A model generated the notes under the pieces. The model worked only from the letters and a program-made list of their open reading frames with translations, was not told the DNA's origin and made no database searches. A stretch of 64,000 nt of DNA. Origin: a virus. Taxonomy: Duplodnaviria > Caudoviricetes. The translations under genes and the position numbers were made by a program. The stretch spans positions 24,031 to 88,030 of the IMG/VR virus record IMGVR_UViG_3300021442_000250, one strand, 5' to 3'. The first letter of the stretch is position 1. Each line of letters begins with the position of its first letter. Below, piece by piece: positions 1 to 11,269 of this stretch.

Positions 1-2
1 TA

Positions 3-3000
3 GTAATAACAATTAGTACCGTAGATGGTAGCGGAGCAATTTCTACTTTTACTGTAAATGGTACAGCGGTTGCTGGAACTAATGGTTTAGAAGCCGATCA
101 AGCTAAATGGCAAACAGTAATTGAAGGTATAGATTATATAGGCCATTGGGCAGAAGGAACAAAATATAATAAAGGTTCATTAGTATCTTGGAGTCCGGGA
201 ATTTGGAAAGTAACAACTGATCACTGGTCAACAACTCCACACATGAATGAAACTAATTTTTCATTGTGGGTACCAGGTGCAGAATATGAAGGTTCTTGGG
301 ATTCTAATACATATTATCAAAAAGGTGATGTTGTACAATTTGGTGGATACAGTTATTCTGCTTTATTAAGCAATACAAATATTCAACCAGGTGTAACAGA
401 TAGTACAAATACTTGGGAATTATTAGCCGCAGGTTATAACCATCGTGGTGAATGGGATAGTACAGCTTCATATAAAACTGGAGATATAGTTAGAGCAGGT
501 GGTAATTTATTCATAGCAGTACAAGTTAACACAAATCAAGATCCAATTACAACTTTTGTTTATGATCCAGGTAGTGATGCTCCTGATCCTTGGCAATTAT
601 TAGTAACAGGTAAAGCATTTAAAGGTCCTTGGAAAGAAAGTGATACTAATGGAGCAATTACTTACTATGTAGGTGATGTAGTTACAGAAAAAGCAGACTT
701 ATATGCTTGTATAGAAACTCATGTTGCAACTTCTTCAGATGCTAAACCAACTTTAGACGAAGAAAGTGACGAGGTTGGACCACTTTGGATTAGATTGGCA
801 CAAGGTGCTACAGGTAACATATTAGAAATAGATGGAGATTTAAAATCTCATTCTGGATCTGACGCAACAAGAATTGCAATAGGAACTTTTGGACAATTAT
901 TCAAAGTTAATGACGCTAATGATTATGGAATATGGGGAGATCATGATGTAGTTGCTAAAGTATTTTATGTTTCACCTTATGGAACAGATACACTAACAAG
1001 TGGTAAAAGTGTTGCAGGTCCATTTAGAACAATCAAATATGCTTGTGATTTTGTTCAACAAGATTTGGCAAATAGAACACCAGCTACTATAATTGTTAAA
1101 ACAGGTGTTTATGAAGAAATTTTACCTATAACAGTTCCAGCAAAAGTTCATATTTGGGGAGACTTTACAAGACGTGGTGCAAACGTTAGACCTAAAACAG
1201 GTTACGAAGGAACAGATATGTGGCGTTTACGTGATGCAACAGGACTTGCAAATATAACAATGCAAGGTTTAACTGGTTCTTTAGGTTCTGAAAATCAATA
1301 TGGAACAAAAAGACCAACAGGTGGAGCATATGTTTCTTTAGATCCAGGAAGTGGACCAGGTGATGGAACAGTTTGGATTACTTCTAAATCTCCTTATATT
1401 AAAAATTGTTCAATATTTGGGACAGGTTGTACAGGATTAAAAGTAGATGGTGACTTACATAATGGCGGATATAAATCTTTTGTTGCAAATGATTGTACAC
1501 ACTTTATTGAAAATGGTGTTGCGGCTTGGGTTAATGGAGATGCTAGAGTAGAATTTGTTTCAGTATTTGCTTATTGGGCCCATATAGGATATCTAGCAAC
1601 AGCTGGTGGAAAATTTAGAGCAACAAATGGTAACTGTTCATATGGAGATTTTGGTGCAGTTGCAGAAGGACTTTTAGCAAGTGAAAGTCCTTTAACAGGA
1701 AAAGTTAATAACCAATCACAAGAAGCACACATAGACAAAGTATATAATGATGAAAATGAAATTTTTGCTTTTGCTTTTGATCACGCTGGACAAAATTATA
1801 CTTCAGCAAGTATAACAATTTCAGGATCAGGTGAAGGTGCGGCAGGAGCCATACGTTGGCCACAAATAAGAAATGGTGCAGTAAACAAAATTAGAGTTAC
1901 AGGTAATAATGATTCTACAACACCAGGTGGTACAAATTATACCGAAGTATTAGGAAATGCTCAAATTGGTACAAGTAAAGAAATTACGTTAGCACCTCAA
2001 TATGCCGGAACAACAAATAATACTGTTGGACAAAGAATTTATATTTGGGAAGGTGCAGGTAGAGGACAATACGGATATATTTCTGGTTACAATTCTACAA
2101 CAAAAGTTGCAACTGTTAAAAAAGAATTTGACGATACAGATGGTTGGCAACACTTCATGGGTGGTTACCCAATTGAAAGAATATTAGATGCATCTACAAA
2201 ATATTCAATAGAACCTAGAATTACTATTTCTCCTACAGCTGGAAGTAGAAGTAATGTTAGCTATGGTTCAACAGGAGAAATGCTATTAGGTGCTTCAGGA
2301 AAAATTGGAGCATCGGATATTACAACTGTAATAGGAAATGGTGTAGGTAATAGAACTACTGATGGTACAAGTTGGCTTGCCGCAGGTGGTATTCCTTCTA
2401 AAGATTGGAATAGTATTACTAAAACAAATAATTATTTTATAGCAACCGCGGCTGATGGAACAGTAATTAGATCAGCTGATGGACAAAACTGGACAGATAT
2501 TAGTGCAAATATTCCTTCAGATGTATTAAGAGCATCTGCTTGGGACGTTACTGAAGAAATTTTAATTATAGCATCTGAAACAGGAATGATATACAGATCA
2601 ACAGATGAAGGTGCTACATTTAATTCAATTCAAGTTGAACTTTATGATGGTTCAACTCAAGTGTTTACACAACTTGCTTGTGGTAATGGATTATTCATAG
2701 CCGCAAATGCATCAGGACAAACTTGGGAAAGTATGGGTGGTGGAACAACTTGGACTAAAGCCTCTAATATGGGTGACTTTTTAATGGATACTAATTCTGG
2801 TTTACAAACAGTTCATAGATATAATTTGAAAAAATTAATGTTTGGTGGTGGTAAATTTATCGCATCAGTACAAGATGCACCTGGTGATGAAAGTACAGTT
2901 GCTAATAAATTTTTAATATCAAATGCTAACGCGGCACAATCACAAACGTCATCTTCTTATAGTTGGTCAGAAAGTGATACGCCTCCACACGCAGGACCAT

Positions 3001-4328
3001 ATAATGATGTTGCATATTCTCAAGGAGTTTATGTTGCAATAACTGATGGTGGTGACCATGCATATAGTTTTGATGCATTTTCTTGGAAACAATTAGATTC
3101 AGCATTGGCAGGATCTTATAATGGTATAGTAGCTGGAAGAAATTCTACAGGCGGATACTTTATTCCATTACGAACTGGTTCTCAGTCTGGTGCAGAAAAA
3201 ATTCTAAAAGGTGCTACACCTTTAGCTAAAGTAGTTACAAATTCTTCAGCAATTAATAATATACAAATTTTAGATCCAGGTAGTGGATATTCTTCAGAAC
3301 CTACAGTTACTATTACTGATAATTTAAACACTGCTGACGCAACATTTAAATCATTTGTACATAATGGAGTACTTTCTCAACCAGAATTTACAAACAGAGG
3401 TACAGGATTTATAAATGTAACTGCAACTTTAAGTGGTGATGGTTTTGCAGATGAATATCAAACTGGAAGTTATTTAGAAGTTAAAGAAATGACAGGCAAA
3501 CCAGGACCAGGAGCAATTTTATATATAGATGGAATTGATGACCAAGTTTATAGAATTACTCAGATTAATAAAATAACAGGAAGTTCTCCAAACATTGCCG
3601 CTCAGTTTAGAGTAACACCTAAAATAAAAGCAAATGAATCACCTGCTAATGATATAGCTATAACAATAAGAGAAAAATATTCTCAAGTTAGATTAACAGG
3701 TCATGATTTCTTAGATGTTGGAACTGGTAATAAATCTACAACTAATTATCCAGGTTTATACACTAGTGGTTATACACCAGGTTATGAACTTAAACAACGA
3801 AATGAAACAGTATCAAATGGAGGTGGAAGAGTATTTTATACTTCTACTGACCAAGATGGAAATTACAGAGTTGGAGAATTATTTGAAGTAGAACAGGCAA
3901 CTGGAATAGTAACTCTAAATGCTGATTTATTTGACTTATCAGGTTTAACTGAATTAAGTTTGGGTGGAATTGTAATAGGTGGAACTGAAGTTAGAATTGA
4001 AGAATTTAGTACTGATGGAACAATGGCGGCTAATAGTGATAGTGTTATTCCAACACAAAGAGCTATTTCTTTATACATAGGTTCTAAAGTTTCTGGCGGT
4101 GGAGCAAATCTTTCAACAAATGAAGTAAGAGCAGGACAAATTAAATTAAGAAATACAGAAATATTTAATGAAGCATATCCTACAAATGGAAAAGTTGTAT
4201 TTTCTGGAGCGGTTTCTATAGCGTCTGTAAGTGGTAGTATCGTAGCAACTTCGTACTTTTTAGGGGCAGGACCGGCTGAATTTTTAAATGAAGGTGGACC
4301 TGAAAGAGACGCATTATATGGTGAATAA
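3..4328 (+). CDS. Large virion structural/tail adhesin protein, 5'-truncated (CBM-like W..Y..GDVV.YGG repeats, pectin-lyase-like beta-helix, Asp-box propeller)
   Basis: Frame of ORF 243..4328 is open back to base 3 (VITISTVDGSG...). Repeats such as W.S...Y..GD.V..GG..Y; FYVSPYGTD/PFRTIKYA beta-helix lead-in; SxDGxxW Asp-boxes; C-terminus YSQVRLTGHDFLDVGTG shared with next gene. Confidence 0.7.
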   Translation, partial: VITISTVDGSGAISTFTVNGTAVAGTNGLEADQAKWQTVIEGIDYIGHWAEGTKYNKGSLVSWSPGIWKVTTDHWSTTPHMNETNFSLWVPGAEYEGSWDSNTYYQKGDVVQFGGYSYSALLSNTNIQPGVTDSTNTWELLAAGYNHRGEWDSTASYKTGDIVRAGGNLFIAVQVNTNQDPITTFVYDPGSDAPDPWQLLVTGKAFKGPWKESDTNGAITYYVGDVVTEKADLYACIETHVATSSDAKPTLDEESDEVGPLWIRLAQGATGNILEIDGDLKSHSGSDATRIAIGTFGQLFKVNDANDYGIWGDHDVVAKVFYVSPYGTDTLTSGKSVAGPFRTIKYACDFVQQDLANRTPATIIVKTGVYEEILPITVPAKVHIWGDFTRRGANVRPKTGYEGTDMWRLRDATGLANITMQGLTGSLGSENQYGTKRPTGGAYVSLDPGSGPGDGTVWITSKSPYIKNCSIFGTGCTGLKVDGDLHNGGYKSFVANDCTHFIENGVAAWVNGDARVEFVSVFAYWAHIGYLATAGGKFRATNGNCSYGDFGAVAEGLLASESPLTGKVNNQSQEAHIDKVYNDENEIFAFAFDHAGQNYTSASITISGSGEGAAGAIRWPQIRNGAVNKIRVTGNNDSTTPGGTNYTEVLGNAQIGTSKEITLAPQYAGTTNNTVGQRIYIWEGAGRGQYGYISGYNSTTKVATVKKEFDDTDGWQHFMGGYPIERILDASTKYSIEPRITISPTAGSRSNVSYGSTGEMLLGASGKIGASDITTVIGNGVGNRTTDGTSWLAAGGIPSKDWNSITKTNNYFIATAADGTVIRSADGQNWTDISANIPSDVLRASAWDVTEEILIIASETGMIYRSTDEGATFNSIQVELYDGSTQVFTQLACGNGLFIAANASGQTWESMGGGTTWTKASNMGDFLMDTNSGLQTVHRYNLKKLMFGGGKFIASVQDAPGDESTVANKFLISNANAAQSQTSSSYSWSESDTPPHAGPYNDVAYSQGVYVAITDGGDHAYSFDAFSWKQLDSALAGSYNGIVAGRNSTGGYFIPLRTGSQSGAEKILKGATPLAKVVTNSSAINNIQILDPGSGYSSEPTVTITDNLNTADATFKSFVHNGVLSQPEFTNRGTGFINVTATLSGDGFADEYQTGSYLEVKEMTGKPGPGAILYIDGIDDQVYRITQINKITGSSPNIAAQFRVTPKIKANESPANDIAITIREKYSQVRLTGHDFLDVGTGNKSTTNYPGLYTSGYTPGYELKQRNETVSNGGGRVFYTSTDQDGNYRVGELFEVEQATGIVTLNADLFDLSGLTELSLGGIVIGGTEVRIEEFSTDGTMAANSDSVIPTQRAISLYIGSKVSGGGANLSTNEVRAGQIKLRNTEIFNEAYPTNGKVVFSGAVSIASVSGSIVATSYFLGAGPAEFLNEGGPERDALYGE

Positions 4329-4376
4329 GGATTTAATAGTAATGATAAATAAAAGATATAAAAGGATTTAACAAAA

Positions 4377-7300
4377 ATGGCTGAGTTTAAACTAGGTAGA
4401 ATTAAGTTTGTTTGGAAAGGTTCCTGGGCAACTACTACAACTTATTATGTTGATGACGTAATAAGATATGGTGGTAGAACTTACAATTGCGTAACTAATC
4501 ACACATCTGGTACATTTCAAACTGATTTAGGTGCTGTAAAATGGCAACTAATGTCAGATGGTATAGAGTGGAAAAGTGAGTGGGTTGCAAATACAACTTA
4601 TAAACCAAATGATGTAGTAAAATACGGTGGTTACATTTATCTTGCTAACACTGGACATACCTCAGCGGCAACAGAAGCTTTAGGATTAGAAGCTGATCAA
4701 TCTAAATGGGATTTATTCATAGAAGGTTTTGATTGGAAATCTGATTGGACAATTTCTACAAGATATAAGAAAAACGATTTAGTAAAATATGGTGGTTCAG
4801 TTTATCTTTGTATAACAGAACACACATCAGATAACACAACAGCAGTTGGTCTAGAAGGTCAACAAGCTAAATGGGAAATTTTTGGAAAAGGTTTTGTTTG
4901 GTCAGGCGACTGGGCAATCAATTCTAGATATAAAGTTAATGACACCGTTAGATATGGTGGACAAATTTACGTTGCTATAACTGGACATACTTCAGCGGCA
5001 ACTGAAGCAGATGGTTTAGAAGCCAACCAAGGACAATGGCAAGCCTTACACAAAGGAATTGAATTCAAAGGTGACCATGCAACAGCAACAAGATATAAAG
5101 TAAATGATGTTGTAAAATATGGTGCAAACATTTGGATTTGTATAACACAACATACATCATCAGGAATTTTATCAGCCGACGAAGCAAAATGGAATGTTTT
5201 AATTCCAGGTATTGAATTTGAAGATACTTGGAGCAACTCTACAAATTATCAACCAGGTGACTTTGTTACTTACGGTGGATATAGTTATGTTGCAGATAGA
5301 AATAATATTAATAAACTTCCACCTGATGAATCAGACGACTGGACTTTATTCGTAACAGGATTTAATTTAAGAGGTGACTATAATGGCGCAACTGCATACA
5401 AACAAGGTGACGTTGTTAGAGTTGGCGGTTTCACTTACCTTGCAATTGCAGATACTACAGGTAATAGACCACCTAATGTAACTAAATGGGACAAACTTAA
5501 CGAAGGTTTATATTGGAAAGGTGCTTGGACAAATGCAACTGACTATGACAAAGGAGATATAGTAAGAGGTACAACAAACACTACTACAAGTTATCTTTGT
5601 ATAACAGAAAACACATCAAATAATGTTGGTCCATCAACAATTAATCAACCAGACTATCCACCAGGAGCAGGTGTTGATACTAGTGCATGGCAATTATTGT
5701 CAGGTGGAGCAGAAACTACTGTATTATCTACAAAAGGTGACATTTTAATTTATGGTCAATCAGGTCCAGCAAGATTACCAATTGGTAAAGCAGGACAAAC
5801 TTTAGTTGTAAACTCAGCAGGTGACTTACCTGAATGGGGATACTTTGGTTCAATCGATCAAGTTTATTATGTAGGACCTGCTGGACAAGACAAACCTTCT
5901 CCAGATGCAGGAACAACTCTTGATAAACCTTGGAAATCTTTAAGATATGCTTTACATGGCATTGAACAAGGACCAAGAAATCCTCAAGGAACTTATTTGT
6001 TAGAAAGAAACAAAGCATTCATTCAAGAAGAAACTTTAGCTTGGATTAATGCACAAATTTCAGGAAATACTTCACCATTTACAAATGCTTACACATACGA
6101 CGCTGTTAAATGTAGAAGAGATGCAGGATTTATGTTAGATGCACTTTTATATGATTTAAGACATGGTGGAAATGAAAAATCAAGATATGCAACAATTAAA
6201 ATTTCAACTCAAACTGAATTTGCAAATCATAAAGATGAATTAACAGCTTATCTTAATAGATTAGTTTATATTTCACAACAAGTTGTAGCCAATAATGCAG
6301 GCTACTCTGCTTTACAAGCCACAGTTCCTCATTATATTAATAATGATTATGTATCTGAAGCGGCTGTATCAGGTGAAATTGCAAGTTATGTAAAAATTGC
6401 AACAGATTGTCTTGCGGCAGGAAATATAGCAGGAGTACCTGCAGAAGAAGTTCCACAAACTACATTGTTTGCTAAAAGCGGAACATATGAAGAAGTATTA
6501 CCTCTTTCAGTTAAAAAAGGATTAGCAATTGTAGGAGATGAATTAAGATCAACAATTGTTAAACCAGCAGGTCAAGTTACAGGTTCAAGCGATACAGTAT
6601 TCACTTTAGCAGGTATTGGAAGAATGCAGGCTATTATATCTGATATAGTTACAAATGCTTCTGTAACACCAACACCAGTAGGCGGAGTTATATCTTTTAC
6701 AACACCAGCACCAGATTTAGGTTTTGTTAACGGAACTTATACTAACGTTGCATTAACAGGTGGTAGTGGTTCTGGATGTACAATGGATGTAACTGTATTA
6801 TCATACACAATTACATCTCTTACTATTAATAATCCAGGACAAAATTATGCAATTAATGATAACTTAACAATTCCAGCGGCAACAATTGGTGCAGATGGTA
6901 TAACAGTAGTTGGTAGTATTACAACAGGAAATAATTTAACACAAAATACATCCAACCCAGCAGGTTCAGGTGCGGCAGGAACAGCGGCGGCGGCAATTGC
7001 ACAAAATATTTACGATCATATAGATTTCAAAGTTAATGCAAATGGAGCCGATCCAACATTAACAGGTACAAATACTGCTCAAGCAGATGCAGGTTATTCA
7101 GATGCAAGATTAAGATTATTAGCAAATATGGATTTTGTTGCATTAGAAGTTGCAGAATTTGTACAAAGAGCAAATCCATCTCATAGTAACTTTAAAACTA
7201 AATGTTTGGCAGATGTTAAAATTTATCTTCAAGCAATTATGGATGACTTACAATATACTGGAAATTACAAATCATTAAAAGCATCAGATGCCTATATTAA

Positions 7301-10300
7301 TTCTAGACTTTCTACTGGTTCAAGTGCAAGTGATATGTTCTATTGCAGAAATGCAACTGGAATTAGAAATATGACAGTTCAAGGTTTAATAGGAACATTA
7401 GGAACAGATCAATATAGCACATCAGCGGCAACATATACACCTGCAACAGGAGAAATGGTATTAACTATAGGAAGCCATAGTATTCCTGTAGGGGAATCTG
7501 TTATGATTGCATCAAATAGTTTAACATTTACTTGTGCTGAAGATAGTCATGCTACTCAACATAGCTATCCAAGATCATCTGATCCTTATTACAATAAAGC
7601 AATTTTAATTACGGCTGTAGCCGCAACAACAATTACAGTAAACGTTGGTATATCAAGTAATACAACAGCACATACTTTTGTAAATGCTACTGAGGAAAAT
7701 GTAACATTAGCTTCTGCAAATGAATTTGGTACAAAAAGACCAACAGGTGGTTCTTTTGTATCATTAGATCCAGGCTGGGGACCAACACACGAAGAAGTAT
7801 GGATTACTTCTAAATCACCTTATATTCAAAACGTAACAACATTCGGAACAGGATGTACTGGATTAAAAGTAGACGGTGCATTACACGATGGTGGTTTTGA
7901 TTCTGTTGTTGCAAATGACTTTACGCAATTATGCGATGATGGTATAGGTGCATGGATTACAAATTTAGGTAGAGTAGAACTTGTATCAGTATTTTCTTAT
8001 TACGCACACATTGGTTATCTATCAGAAAATGGTGGAAAACTTCGTGCTACAAACGGTAACTCATCTTATGGAGATTTTGGTTGCGTGGCAGAAGGAGTTG
8101 ATTCAGCAGAAACTCCTACAACAGCAACAATTGATAACCATAGTGAAGATGCAGATGTTGCCAATGTAATGACAGACGGTCAAGGAATATTAGCATTTGA
8201 ATATAAAAATGCTGGAAGACAATATTCTAGTGCTACACTTTCTATATCAGGAGATGGTTATGGAATTACAGGAGAAACTCCAACTTATAATACTGGTGGT
8301 GTTTATAAAATTAGATTATTAGAAACTAATACAGTAACAAGTAACCTTGGTGGTGCGACATATATGTCTGCTACTAACAATGGACAAACAGGTTCAGCTA
8401 CACAAATTACAATAGCTAACGCAGATAGTAATGCCAGTGGTGCATACACAGGTATGGCAATTTGGATTACAAAAGGTAAAGGAGTTGGTCAATACGCATA
8501 TATTGATGCTTATGATTCTGCAAGTAAAGTCGCAACTGTTAAAAAATATTCAGATGGTTTAGCAGGTTGGGAAAGACTTGGCGGATTATCAGTTGAAACT
8601 CTTTTAGATGCTACAACAGAATATACTATAGAACCTAGAGTAGTTATTGGTGCTCCACAAAACGATGGAAGTACAACAGTTAGACAAGCAGTTGCAAGAG
8701 CAATTGTAACTTCTGAAAAGATTTCTTCAATAAGAATTATAGATTGTGGTGCAAGTTATACTTCAGCACCAACAGTAACATTTACTGATCCTAATAATAC
8801 TATAGATGCTCCAGTACAATCATTCATAGATGATGGTGTATTAGGTCAACCTACTTTCTCTGCATATGGAACAGCTTATGATACTGCAAGTGTAACAATT
8901 ACAGAATCACCTACAGGTAAAAACATAACAGGTATTACACAAGGAACTGTTGCTGTTGTTACATCAGCAGGACACAATTTAGTTTCAGGAACTAAAGTAA
9001 CGTTTACAGGTGTTGTTGGAATGACAGAATTAAACACTGGTGTATGGTATTACATTAAAACATTAACAGTAGACACATTTGGAGTTTACACTAATGATGA
9101 TTTAACTGCTGGATTAAACACTACAAACTTTACAGCATATAGTTCAGGTGGAGTTGCAACACCACAAGGTGGATTTAGAGATGAATTCCAAACAGGAAGA
9201 TATATTCAAGTAGAAGGTATGTCAGATGTTCCACAAACAGGATCAAATGTAGAATTTGATGGAATTTCAACTACAACATATCCTTATGCATATACACTTT
9301 TAACTGCAAACAAAGAATACATGAAAGATGAAGTAATAGCATGGTTTAATACAACTTATCCAGGAATACACAACGCCGCTCAAAATACTAAATGCGAAAG
9401 AGATGTTGGATATGAAATTGATGCAATGGCATTCGATATAAAATATGGTGGTAATACAGAAACTATAAGAATTGCTAAAGCATACTGGCAAGGTGTTACT
9501 TCTCAATTAGCGGCAGGCGAACAAGTATACGCAGTTGCAGTTAATAATAAATTAAAAGAAATGATTAATGATTACATTATGGATAATGTAGCCTGGTCAA
9601 CAACACAAAGTCCAGTCGTTACATCACAAACAACTAATTCTAATAATGGTGAGTTAGGTGTAAAAGACAAATTTACAAATTTAACTAAAACTTTAAATGA
9701 TGTAATTGAAAATGGTTTAACTTCTGTACCAACTACACAAGGATTAAACAATCCTTACTTTAAATTAGTAAGTGTACAAAAATTACGAGGTACTCAAGCA
9801 CCATATTCAGCATTATTACAAATTAGTCCACAGATGTCAACAGCTCAAGCTCTAGCACATGGTACTGGGATAACAGTTAAACTTAGATATTCTCAAGTTA
9901 GATTAACAGGACATGACTTCTTAGATGTAGGAACTGGTAATCAAGCATTGACAAATTATCCTGGAACGCCAAACAGAACTAACGATCAAGAAAGAGAAAG
10001 TGTTGAAAGAGGTGGTGGTAGAGTATTCTTTACTGCAACTGATCAAGACGGTAACTTTAGAGTTGGTGACTTGTTCTCAGTACAACAGGCGACTGGTATT
10101 GCATCATTAAATGCAGATGCATTTAACATTTCAGGATTACAAGAACTTCAGTTAGGAGATTTAACATTAGGTGGAACTTCTGCCTCTGTTAACGAATTCT
10201 CTACTGACGGTACATTTGCGGCAAATAGTGACAAAATTGTACCAACACAAAGAGCGATAAGAACATATGTTTCTTCACAAATTGGTGGCGGAGCAAGTGC

Positions 10301-10457
10301 AATTAACGTAAATACTATTACTGCTGGTCAAATTGTGATCACAGCTAATACTATAAATACAACAACAGGTGCAAGTATTCAAATAAATAGTGGTGTGCAA
10401 TTCAAGAAAGGTGTTGCAGGAGCACCACTGGCAATGAATTACTTGATACATAGTTAA
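4377..10457 (+). CDS. 2026-aa virion structural/tail protein, paralogue of the preceding gene
   Basis: N-terminal MAEFKLGRIKFVWKG followed by about 8 W...Y...DVV.YGG repeats; blocks shared with 3..4328 (GTKRPTGG..VSLDPG.GP, WITSKSPYI, YSQVRLTGHDFLDVGTG); late promoter at 4344. Confidence 0.75.
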   Translation: MAEFKLGRIKFVWKGSWATTTTYYVDDVIRYGGRTYNCVTNHTSGTFQTDLGAVKWQLMSDGIEWKSEWVANTTYKPNDVVKYGGYIYLANTGHTSAATEALGLEADQSKWDLFIEGFDWKSDWTISTRYKKNDLVKYGGSVYLCITEHTSDNTTAVGLEGQQAKWEIFGKGFVWSGDWAINSRYKVNDTVRYGGQIYVAITGHTSAATEADGLEANQGQWQALHKGIEFKGDHATATRYKVNDVVKYGANIWICITQHTSSGILSADEAKWNVLIPGIEFEDTWSNSTNYQPGDFVTYGGYSYVADRNNINKLPPDESDDWTLFVTGFNLRGDYNGATAYKQGDVVRVGGFTYLAIADTTGNRPPNVTKWDKLNEGLYWKGAWTNATDYDKGDIVRGTTNTTTSYLCITENTSNNVGPSTINQPDYPPGAGVDTSAWQLLSGGAETTVLSTKGDILIYGQSGPARLPIGKAGQTLVVNSAGDLPEWGYFGSIDQVYYVGPAGQDKPSPDAGTTLDKPWKSLRYALHGIEQGPRNPQGTYLLERNKAFIQEETLAWINAQISGNTSPFTNAYTYDAVKCRRDAGFMLDALLYDLRHGGNEKSRYATIKISTQTEFANHKDELTAYLNRLVYISQQVVANNAGYSALQATVPHYINNDYVSEAAVSGEIASYVKIATDCLAAGNIAGVPAEEVPQTTLFAKSGTYEEVLPLSVKKGLAIVGDELRSTIVKPAGQVTGSSDTVFTLAGIGRMQAIISDIVTNASVTPTPVGGVISFTTPAPDLGFVNGTYTNVALTGGSGSGCTMDVTVLSYTITSLTINNPGQNYAINDNLTIPAATIGADGITVVGSITTGNNLTQNTSNPAGSGAAGTAAAAIAQNIYDHIDFKVNANGADPTLTGTNTAQADAGYSDARLRLLANMDFVALEVAEFVQRANPSHSNFKTKCLADVKIYLQAIMDDLQYTGNYKSLKASDAYINSRLSTGSSASDMFYCRNATGIRNMTVQGLIGTLGTDQYSTSAATYTPATGEMVLTIGSHSIPVGESVMIASNSLTFTCAEDSHATQHSYPRSSDPYYNKAILITAVAATTITVNVGISSNTTAHTFVNATEENVTLASANEFGTKRPTGGSFVSLDPGWGPTHEEVWITSKSPYIQNVTTFGTGCTGLKVDGALHDGGFDSVVANDFTQLCDDGIGAWITNLGRVELVSVFSYYAHIGYLSENGGKLRATNGNSSYGDFGCVAEGVDSAETPTTATIDNHSEDADVANVMTDGQGILAFEYKNAGRQYSSATLSISGDGYGITGETPTYNTGGVYKIRLLETNTVTSNLGGATYMSATNNGQTGSATQITIANADSNASGAYTGMAIWITKGKGVGQYAYIDAYDSASKVATVKKYSDGLAGWERLGGLSVETLLDATTEYTIEPRVVIGAPQNDGSTTVRQAVARAIVTSEKISSIRIIDCGASYTSAPTVTFTDPNNTIDAPVQSFIDDGVLGQPTFSAYGTAYDTASVTITESPTGKNITGITQGTVAVVTSAGHNLVSGTKVTFTGVVGMTELNTGVWYYIKTLTVDTFGVYTNDDLTAGLNTTNFTAYSSGGVATPQGGFRDEFQTGRYIQVEGMSDVPQTGSNVEFDGISTTTYPYAYTLLTANKEYMKDEVIAWFNTTYPGIHNAAQNTKCERDVGYEIDAMAFDIKYGGNTETIRIAKAYWQGVTSQLAAGEQVYAVAVNNKLKEMINDYIMDNVAWSTTQSPVVTSQTTNSNNGELGVKDKFTNLTKTLNDVIENGLTSVPTTQGLNNPYFKLVSVQKLRGTQAPYSALLQISPQMSTAQALAHGTGITVKLRYSQVRLTGHDFLDVGTGNQALTNYPGTPNRTNDQERESVERGGGRVFFTATDQDGNFRVGDLFSVQQATGIASLNADAFNISGLQELQLGDLTLGGTSASVNEFSTDGTFAANSDKIVPTQRAIRTYVSSQIGGGASAINVNTITAGQIVITANTINTTTGASIQINSGVQFKKGVAGAPLAMNYLIHS

Positions 10458-10493
10458 TAATATAAAAAAGTAAAAAAAAAGGAGATAAAACAC

Positions 10494-10811
10494 ATGGCTT
10501 CAGGAAGATTAGGTAAAGCAGACTTGGTAGCCAGTACCGATACCGTAGTTTACACGGTCCCTGCGGCGACTTTTACCGTAGCTACTGTGTCTATCTGCAA
10601 CAGAGGTAACCAAGTAGTCACTATCAAAATGGCAGTGGCAGATGCGGCAACTCCAGACGCTTCAGAATACGTTGAACATAACGTTGAAATTCTGTCAGCA
10701 GGAGTTTTAGAACGTTCAGGTTTAGTGATGTCAGCTGGTCAAAAACTAGTTGTATGGTCATCAGGGGCTAACGTAGCCGCGGTTGCAATGGGTATTGAAA
10801 CTGGAATATAG
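10494..10811 (+). CDS. Small virion/tail-associated beta-sandwich protein
   Basis: GGAG Shine-Dalgarno; T.VYTVPA...V..CNR pattern typical of small phage tail proteins; structural-gene context. Confidence 0.5.
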   Translation: MASGRLGKADLVASTDTVVYTVPAATFTVATVSICNRGNQVVTIKMAVADAATPDASEYVEHNVEILSAGVLERSGLVMSAGQKLVVWSSGANVAAVAMGIETGI

Positions 10812-10873
10812 ACTAAAACGAAAAACAGTCTAAAATGCATAAATAATTAAAATAAGGAAAAAAGGACAAAAAA

Positions 10874-11206
10874 ATGGGAAGATATATTTCAACAACTGGA
10901 ACTGCTGGAGTAGTAACAAAAGAAGTTTCTACTACTTACAGTGCCGCTGTTAATGATAGAATTCTTGCTGATTCTACTGGTGGAGCATTTACAATTACTC
11001 TACCATTAAGTACAGGTTTGTTAGTCAATGATACAATACAACTTATTGACGCAACATCTCAAGCAGGAACTAATAACATAACAGTTGGAAGAAATGGTGC
11101 TCTTATCCAAGGTTCAGCAGAAGATTTAACTGTCGATTTAGCAGGTGCTATCATGACATTAATCTATACTGGTGCGACTTATGGATGGATAGTAGGTGCT
11201 GTATAA
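10874..11206 (+). CDS. Small tail protein with T4 gp9/gp10-like DST.G.FT.TLP domain
   Basis: DSTGGAFTITLP...D.IQLID...NNITVGRNG..I.G...DL and LIY...GW motifs. Confidence 0.55.
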   Translation: MGRYISTTGTAGVVTKEVSTTYSAAVNDRILADSTGGAFTITLPLSTGLLVNDTIQLIDATSQAGTNNITVGRNGALIQGSAEDLTVDLAGAIMTLIYTGATYGWIVGAV

Positions 11207-11269
11207 TATTTTTATTATATAACACTTAACCATTAAAATTTTGTAAGGAGTTTTTAAAAAGGTAAAGGT

